This document shows positions 27,167-32,000 of a stretch of 32,000 nucleotides of DNA, in pieces. Every line of letters starts with the position of its first letter. The first letter of the stretch is position 1. The notes under the pieces are model-generated. The model searched no databases, was not told where the DNA came from, and saw only the letters and a program-made list of their open reading frames with translations. Made by a program: the position numbers and the translations under genes. Origin of the DNA: Idiomarina loihiensis L2TR (GTDB taxonomy: Bacteria; Pseudomonadota; Gammaproteobacteria; Enterobacterales; Alteromonadaceae); the NCBI RefSeq assembly GCF_000008465.1, contig NC_006512.1:630001-662000 (forward strand). Direction: 5' to 3'.

Positions 27167-28861
27167 ATGACAATTAGCCCCGAGACCCTGGCAAAAAGTA
27201 TTCTGGATGGCTTCCATAGTCATTACCGGCGTTTTCAGGTGCTGACTCAGGGCGCGCGTGAACGTTTCTTAAAGCGCGACTGGACCGCGGTTGTGTCGGC
27301 AGCTTCAGAGCGTATTCATTATTACGACCATCAGGTGGGTACAACGGCTAAGAAAGTCGAGCGCCGCGTCGGTACAGAACTGGATGAAGGCCTCTGGCTA
27401 GCTACCCGGCAGCGTTACCAACAACTGCTGAAGTTTCACCCTCAGGCGGAGCTTGCCGAAACCTTTTACAACTCGGTGTTTTGTCGGGTGTTCGACCGGG
27501 CCTACTTTAATAACGACTATATTTTTGTGGAAACCGTGCTGGCGAACCACATTCCGGTGCCGGTAGAGAACGAATGCCACTCTTATTTCCCGGTGGTTGA
27601 CGGGCTGGAGGGAACACTGACCCGGGTGTTTGAGGATATTGGCTTAGGTGGTGAGTTTGAAAACTTTGAAAATGATATTGAACAGCTGCGCGATAAGTTC
27701 TTTGAACGCGCAACAGAAACCGATATTGAAGCCCACAACCTGCGCATAGATGTTTTGAAGTCGCCGTTTTATCGCAACAAAGCCGCGTATATTGTCGGGC
27801 GAGTGGTGACTGAAAATAACCATTACCCTTTTATTGTACCGGTGCTGATTAATTCGCAGGGCAAGCTTTATGTGGATGCTTTTATTACCCGGTCGGACCG
27901 CATGGCGACCATTTTTGGCTTTGCCCGTTCGTATTTTATGGTCGAAACAGAGGCGCCTTCTGCCTTGGTGCGGTTTTTAAAGGATTTAATGCCGCACAAA
28001 ACTCTGGCAGAGCTTTACTCTTCAGTGGGGTTTCATAAACAGGGAAAAACTGAGTTCTACCGGGAGTTTTTGCATCATTTGCGCCGTACAGACGACCAGC
28101 TGTCTGCTGCCCCCGGTGTTAAAGGCATGGTTATGACGGTGTTTACGCTGCCGTCCTTTCCTTATGTGTTTAAAGTCATTAAAGACCGGTTGGGCGGTAC
28201 TAAGGAGTTTGGTCGGCAGACGGTTATCGACCGTTACCGCATGGTTAAGCGGCACGACCGGGTTGGGCGTATGGCCGATACGTTAGAGTTTGTCGACGTG
28301 GCACTGCCGCTGAAACGTATCTCTGCCGACTTACTGGACGAATTTAAGCAAACCATTGCCAACTCTATTTCGATAGAGGGTGATACTTTGGTTATTCACC
28401 AGTTGTTTGTTGAGCGCCGAATGACGCCACTGAATTTGTACTTAGAATACGCCAATGACGAAGAAGTGGATGCGGCGATGGACGACTACGGCCGGGCGTT
28501 AAAAGAAATGATGGCGGCGAATATTTTCCCCGGCGACATGCTGCTGAAAAACTTTGGTGTCACCCGGCATAAAAGGGTGGTGTTCTACGATTACGACGAA
28601 GTGCGCTACTTAACGGATATGAGTTTCAGACGTTTGCCGGAAAACGACTGGGAGGTTTCCTACGCACCGGACGATGTATTTCCGCAGCAGTTGGCGCAAT
28701 TTGCGGTGCCACAAGCAAAATATCGCAACAAGCTATTGAAGCGTCACCCAGAGTTAATTGATTCGGCTTACTGGTGCCGCGTACAAAAAAACATCCGCAA
28801 GGGTGAGCTTACGGATGTCTTTCCTTATGATGCCGACTTGCGCTTTACGCGGAGGTTTTAA
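27167..28861 (+). CDS. aceK: Bifunctional isocitrate dehydrogenase kinase/phosphatase
   Basis: 564 aa, collinear with E. coli AceK ([76 protein letters not shown]). Confidence 0.95.
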   Translation: MTISPETLAKSILDGFHSHYRRFQVLTQGARERFLKRDWTAVVSAASERIHYYDHQVGTTAKKVERRVGTELDEGLWLATRQRYQQLLKFHPQAELAETFYNSVFCRVFDRAYFNNDYIFVETVLANHIPVPVENECHSYFPVVDGLEGTLTRVFEDIGLGGEFENFENDIEQLRDKFFERATETDIEAHNLRIDVLKSPFYRNKAAYIVGRVVTENNHYPFIVPVLINSQGKLYVDAFITRSDRMATIFGFARSYFMVETEAPSALVRFLKDLMPHKTLAELYSSVGFHKQGKTEFYREFLHHLRRTDDQLSAAPGVKGMVMTVFTLPSFPYVFKVIKDRLGGTKEFGRQTVIDRYRMVKRHDRVGRMADTLEFVDVALPLKRISADLLDEFKQTIANSISIEGDTLVIHQLFVERRMTPLNLYLEYANDEEVDAAMDDYGRALKEMMAANIFPGDMLLKNFGVTRHKRVVFYDYDEVRYLTDMSFRRLPENDWEVSYAPDDVFPQQLAQFAVPQAKYRNKLLKRHPELIDSAYWCRVQKNIRKGELTDVFPYDADLRFTRRF

Positions 28862-30182
28862 ACTGGTCTTCCTCGGTCGAGCCTTTCAGTGCAGTGACTG
28901 AGGATAGCCCGCCCTGAATGACGTTGGTCAGCTCGTCGAAGTAGCCTGTGCCGACTTCCTGCTGGTGCGCGACAAAGGTGTATCCTTTGTCTGCCGCTTC
29001 AAACTCTTGTTGCTGAAGTTTAACGTAGGCTGACATGTCGTTGCGGGCATAGTCATGTGCCAGTTCAAACATGTGGTACCACATGTTGTGCACACCGGCC
29101 AAGGTAATAAACTGGAATTTGTAGCCCATTGCGGCAAGCTCGCGCTGGAACTTAGCAATGGTGTCGTCGTCCAGGTTGCGTTTCCAGTTAAACGACGGTG
29201 AACAGTTATAGGCCAGCAGTTTGCCGGGGTATTTGGCATGAACGGCTTCAGCAAACTGACGCGCTTCGTCTAAGTCTGGTTTGGCGGTTTCACACCAGAT
29301 AAGATCCGCAAACGGAGCATATGCTAAGCCGCGTGAAATGGCTTGTTCAATGCCCGGCTTCACGCGATAGAAACCTTCGGCAGTGCGTTCACCAGTAATG
29401 AACGGCTTGTCGTTCGGGTCAAAGTCAGAAGTTAGTAGATCGGCGGCGTTAGCGTCAGTACGGGCGACAATCAGTGTCGGTGTACCGGCAACATCGGCAG
29501 CTAAACGTGCGGCTGAAAGTTTCTGCACCGCTTCTTGTGTGGGTACCAGTACTTTACCGCCCATGTGTCCGCATTTTTTCACTGAAGCCAGTTGATCCTC
29601 AAAATGCACTCCGGCAGCACCGGACTGGATCATGCGCTTCATCAGCTCGTAGGCATTGAGAACGCCACCAAAACCGGCTTCCGCGTCGGCAACAATAGGT
29701 GCGAAGTAGTCTACGTAATTGTCGTCTTCCGGCGTAACGCCTTTTGACCACTGTATCTGATCAGCACGGGCGAATGAGTTGTTAATGCGCTCGACAACCG
29801 TAGGTACTGAGTCGACCGGATATAACGACTGATCCGGGTACATGCTGCAGGCCGAGTTGTTATCGGCCGCCACCTGCCAGCCGGAAAGGTAAATGGCCTG
29901 CAGACCCGCTTTAACTTGCTGAACCGCCTGACCGCCGGTTAAAGCACCCAATGCGTTGACATAGTCTTTGCCAAACTTTTCCTGTGCTTTGCCGTGAATC
30001 AGCTGCCATAGCTTATCGGCACCGTTGCGGGCGTAGGTGTATTCTGGCTGCACGCTACCACGCAGGCGCACAACGTCTTCGGCACTGTAGGGGCGCTCAA
30101 CACCTTTCCAGCGTGGGTCGGTGTCCCATTGCTTTTGCAATTCTTTAACCTGTTGTGCGAATGAAAGATTCTGGGTTGTCAT
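28845..30182 (-). CDS. aceA: Isocitrate lyase
   Basis: 445 aa with the catalytic KKCGHMGGK motif and the N-terminal [19 protein letters not shown] pattern. The 3' end overlaps aceK by 17 nt (convergent). Confidence 0.96.
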   Translation of the reverse strand: MTTQNLSFAQQVKELQKQWDTDPRWKGVERPYSAEDVVRLRGSVQPEYTYARNGADKLWQLIHGKAQEKFGKDYVNALGALTGGQAVQQVKAGLQAIYLSGWQVAADNNSACSMYPDQSLYPVDSVPTVVERINNSFARADQIQWSKGVTPEDDNYVDYFAPIVADAEAGFGGVLNAYELMKRMIQSGAAGVHFEDQLASVKKCGHMGGKVLVPTQEAVQKLSAARLAADVAGTPTLIVARTDANAADLLTSDFDPNDKPFITGERTAEGFYRVKPGIEQAISRGLAYAPFADLIWCETAKPDLDEARQFAEAVHAKYPGKLLAYNCSPSFNWKRNLDDDTIAKFQRELAAMGYKFQFITLAGVHNMWYHMFELAHDYARNDMSAYVKLQQQEFEAADKGYTFVAHQQEVGTGYFDELTNVIQGGLSSVTALKGSTEEDQFKTSA

Positions 30183-30212
30183 AAATAATTCCTTGTTGTT
30201 CTTTAATTGTAA

Positions 30213-31796
30213 TTACTTGAGTTGTTGGTAGCCGGGCAGGGTCAGAAAGTCGACCAGCTCGTCGGCTGTGGTAATTTCTTCTAAAAGCTTTAATGCCTGT
30301 TCAAAAGGTTCGTCGTTCCAGCGTTGTTTACCCACTTCGTTTTTCACTACCTCAGCTTCTTCCTGCAGATACTGCCGGAACAGCTCTTTGGTGACCGGGG
30401 TGTTGTCGGACAGGGTTTTGCCGTGGCGGATCCACTGCCAGATTGAGGTACGTGAAATTTCAGCGGTGGCGGCGTCTTCCATCAAGCCGTAGATAGGCAC
30501 GCAGCCTTTGCCGTTCAGCCAAGAGGAAATGTATTGCAGCGATACCCGAATGTTGGTGCGCATACCGGCTTCAGTACGCTCGCCCTCACAGGGTTGCAGC
30601 AGTAAGGTCTGATCAATCGAGGTGTCGTTTTCACGCAGTACGTGAAGCTGGTTGTCGCCTTCAATACCGTCGACAAAAATTGCGCGTACGGTGTCAGCTA
30701 AGCCCGGGTGGGCAATCCAGGTGCCGTCGTGGCCATTGTCGCGCTCCATGGTTTTGTCGGCGTGAACTTTAGCGAGGATCTTCTCATTCTTGGCTGGATC
30801 TTTGCTGGGAATAAAGGCTGCCATGCCGCCCATAGCTAAAGCCCCGCGCTGGTGACAGGTTTTCACTAACAAGCGCGAATAGGCGTTAAGAAAGGGCTTG
30901 TCCATACTAACCACCTGACGGTCGGGCAGAACCCGTTCAGGATGTTCTTTCAGGGTTTTTATGTAACTGAAAATGTAATCCCAGCGGCCGCAGTTAAGTG
31001 CAGCAATGTGGTCTTTCATGGCGTGTAGTATTTCATGCATCTGAAACACTGCCGGCAGGGTTTCTATGAGTATGGTGGCGCGAATGGTGCTGGTTTTTAA
31101 GCTGAATTTTTTCTCGGTAAAGTGAAAAACATCGGCCCACCATTTGGCTTCGTCGCTGTGCTCCAGCTTGGGCAGGTAGTAATACACACCTGAACCTTGT
31201 TGTAGTCGCTGCTGGTAATTCAGTAAAAAGTACAAAGCAAAGTCCATTAGCGCGCCGGGAATAGCTTGGCCATTACGCTGCACGTGCTTTTCCGGTAAGT
31301 GCAGGCCGCGAACTCGTGCAATTAGGAGTGCAGGATCAGGGCCAACTTCGTAGTGCTTGCCACTGTCTGGGTCGGTATAGGTCATGCCGCCAATGTTGGC
31401 GTCACGCAGGTTAATTTGACCGTTAACCATGCCCTCCCAGGTAGGAGATTGTGAATCCTCAAAGTCGGCCATGTAACAATCGACATTGGCATTCAGAGCG
31501 TTGATGACCATTTTGCGATCCACCGGTCCGGTAATTTCTAAGCGGCGTTTTTTCAAATCTGCTGGCAGTTCGGCAATGCGCCAGTTTCCTTCACGGATGT
31601 TTTGAGTTGCAGAGTCAAAATCAGGTAACTGACCCTGGTCAAATTGAGCCTGACGTTGCTGACGCTTCTTTAACAGCGACTCTAACCGTGGTTGAAAGGT
31701 ATCGACTAACTCAGCGAGAAAAGACTGATTCTCGTCGTTGAACAGCGCTTTTGCATCGTCATCAAGGGGTTGACTGAAGTTAAATAGATTGTTCAT
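30213..31796 (-). CDS. aceB: Malate synthase A
   Basis: 527 aa of the malate synthase A family (LEITGPVDRKMVINALN, FEDS.SPTW, GRWDYIFS). It lies 30 nt upstream of aceA on the same strand. Confidence 0.95.
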   Translation of the reverse strand: MNNLFNFSQPLDDDAKALFNDENQSFLAELVDTFQPRLESLLKKRQQRQAQFDQGQLPDFDSATQNIREGNWRIAELPADLKKRRLEITGPVDRKMVINALNANVDCYMADFEDSQSPTWEGMVNGQINLRDANIGGMTYTDPDSGKHYEVGPDPALLIARVRGLHLPEKHVQRNGQAIPGALMDFALYFLLNYQQRLQQGSGVYYYLPKLEHSDEAKWWADVFHFTEKKFSLKTSTIRATILIETLPAVFQMHEILHAMKDHIAALNCGRWDYIFSYIKTLKEHPERVLPDRQVVSMDKPFLNAYSRLLVKTCHQRGALAMGGMAAFIPSKDPAKNEKILAKVHADKTMERDNGHDGTWIAHPGLADTVRAIFVDGIEGDNQLHVLRENDTSIDQTLLLQPCEGERTEAGMRTNIRVSLQYISSWLNGKGCVPIYGLMEDAATAEISRTSIWQWIRHGKTLSDNTPVTKELFRQYLQEEAEVVKNEVGKQRWNDEPFEQALKLLEEITTADELVDFLTLPGYQQLK

Positions 31797-31905
31797 TTTT
31801 GAATCCGTTGTTACTAGTTTGTTAACACGGATTAAGAGTAGATGCTGGTCGCACCATTAGTCTAATTTATGCTGTTAATTAGCAGTATTCAGGAGGGTTA
31901 TTATG

Positions 31906-32000
31906 ATGGCCTGACGTTTACGTCAGAAACGGCATTAGACCTGACATAAATGTCAGGCTATGTGCACCCTGTAGCCTGATGTTCACATCAGGTGAGATGC
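31906..32000. repeat. Family-1 REPIN-like doublet with degraded GTAG ends (31906-31960), plus the start of a further copy (31971-32000, truncated by the window end)
   Basis: ATGGCCTGACGTTTACGTCAGA - AACGGCATTAGA - CCTGACATAAATGTCAGGCTAT, followed by GTAGCCTGATGTTCACATCAGG TGAGATGC. Confidence 0.8.

Noticed and set aside
31888-31915. Strong AGGAGG followed by ATGATGGCCTGA upstream of aceB on the plus strand.
   Set aside because: It encodes only M-M-A-stop and runs straight into the repeat, so it is most likely a chance SD-like sequence.
1-32000. tRNA, rRNA, riboswitch, integrase, transposase or phage genes.
   Set aside because: No cloverleaf-like or rRNA-like sequence, and no recombinase ORF, was recognised in any intergenic region or in the ORF track. 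The intergenic regions over 100 bp are accounted for by repeats and promoters.

Overview
The window looks like a chromosomal, mostly core-metabolism segment from a marine gammaproteobacterium. An Alteromonadales-like origin is only my inference from gene content and about 50% G+C. I support 21 intact protein-coding genes plus one speculative small ORF, and I saw no rRNA, tRNA, CRISPR array, transposase or integrase. In order, the genes are: a secreted reprolysin-like (M12B) zinc metalloprotease with a GlyGly-CTERM-type tail; RfaH/NusG-like antiterminator; purL; a toxin-first RelE/ParE-HTH toxin-antitoxin pair; class-II cAMP phosphodiesterase/MBL hydrolase; DUF998 membrane protein overlapping copA; murI; maeA; Cys/Met PLP enzyme; azurin; RND adaptor and pump; TerB-like protein and an orphan GAF histidine kinase; PD40-propeller/amidohydrolase fusion; LysR regulator; aceK; aceA; aceB. 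The least ordinary content is non-coding. Family 1 is a GTAG-plus-hairpin repeat arranged as inverted doublets (REPIN-like) at six intergenic sites. It supplies stop codons to four ORFs, supplies the -35 hexamer of a near-consensus purL promoter, and brackets the AT-rich toxin-antitoxin islet. Family 2 is a modular CCATGG-centred palindromic repeat at two sites, one copy having a perfect 23-bp outer stem. The candidate functional modules are hypotheses only. They are the translationally coupled DUF998-copA(-murI) unit, the GAF-kinase/TerB pair with no response regulator, and a glyoxylate-shunt locus in which aceK is separated from aceBA and paired with a LysR gene. I found no convincing multi-gene novel system such as a defence island.
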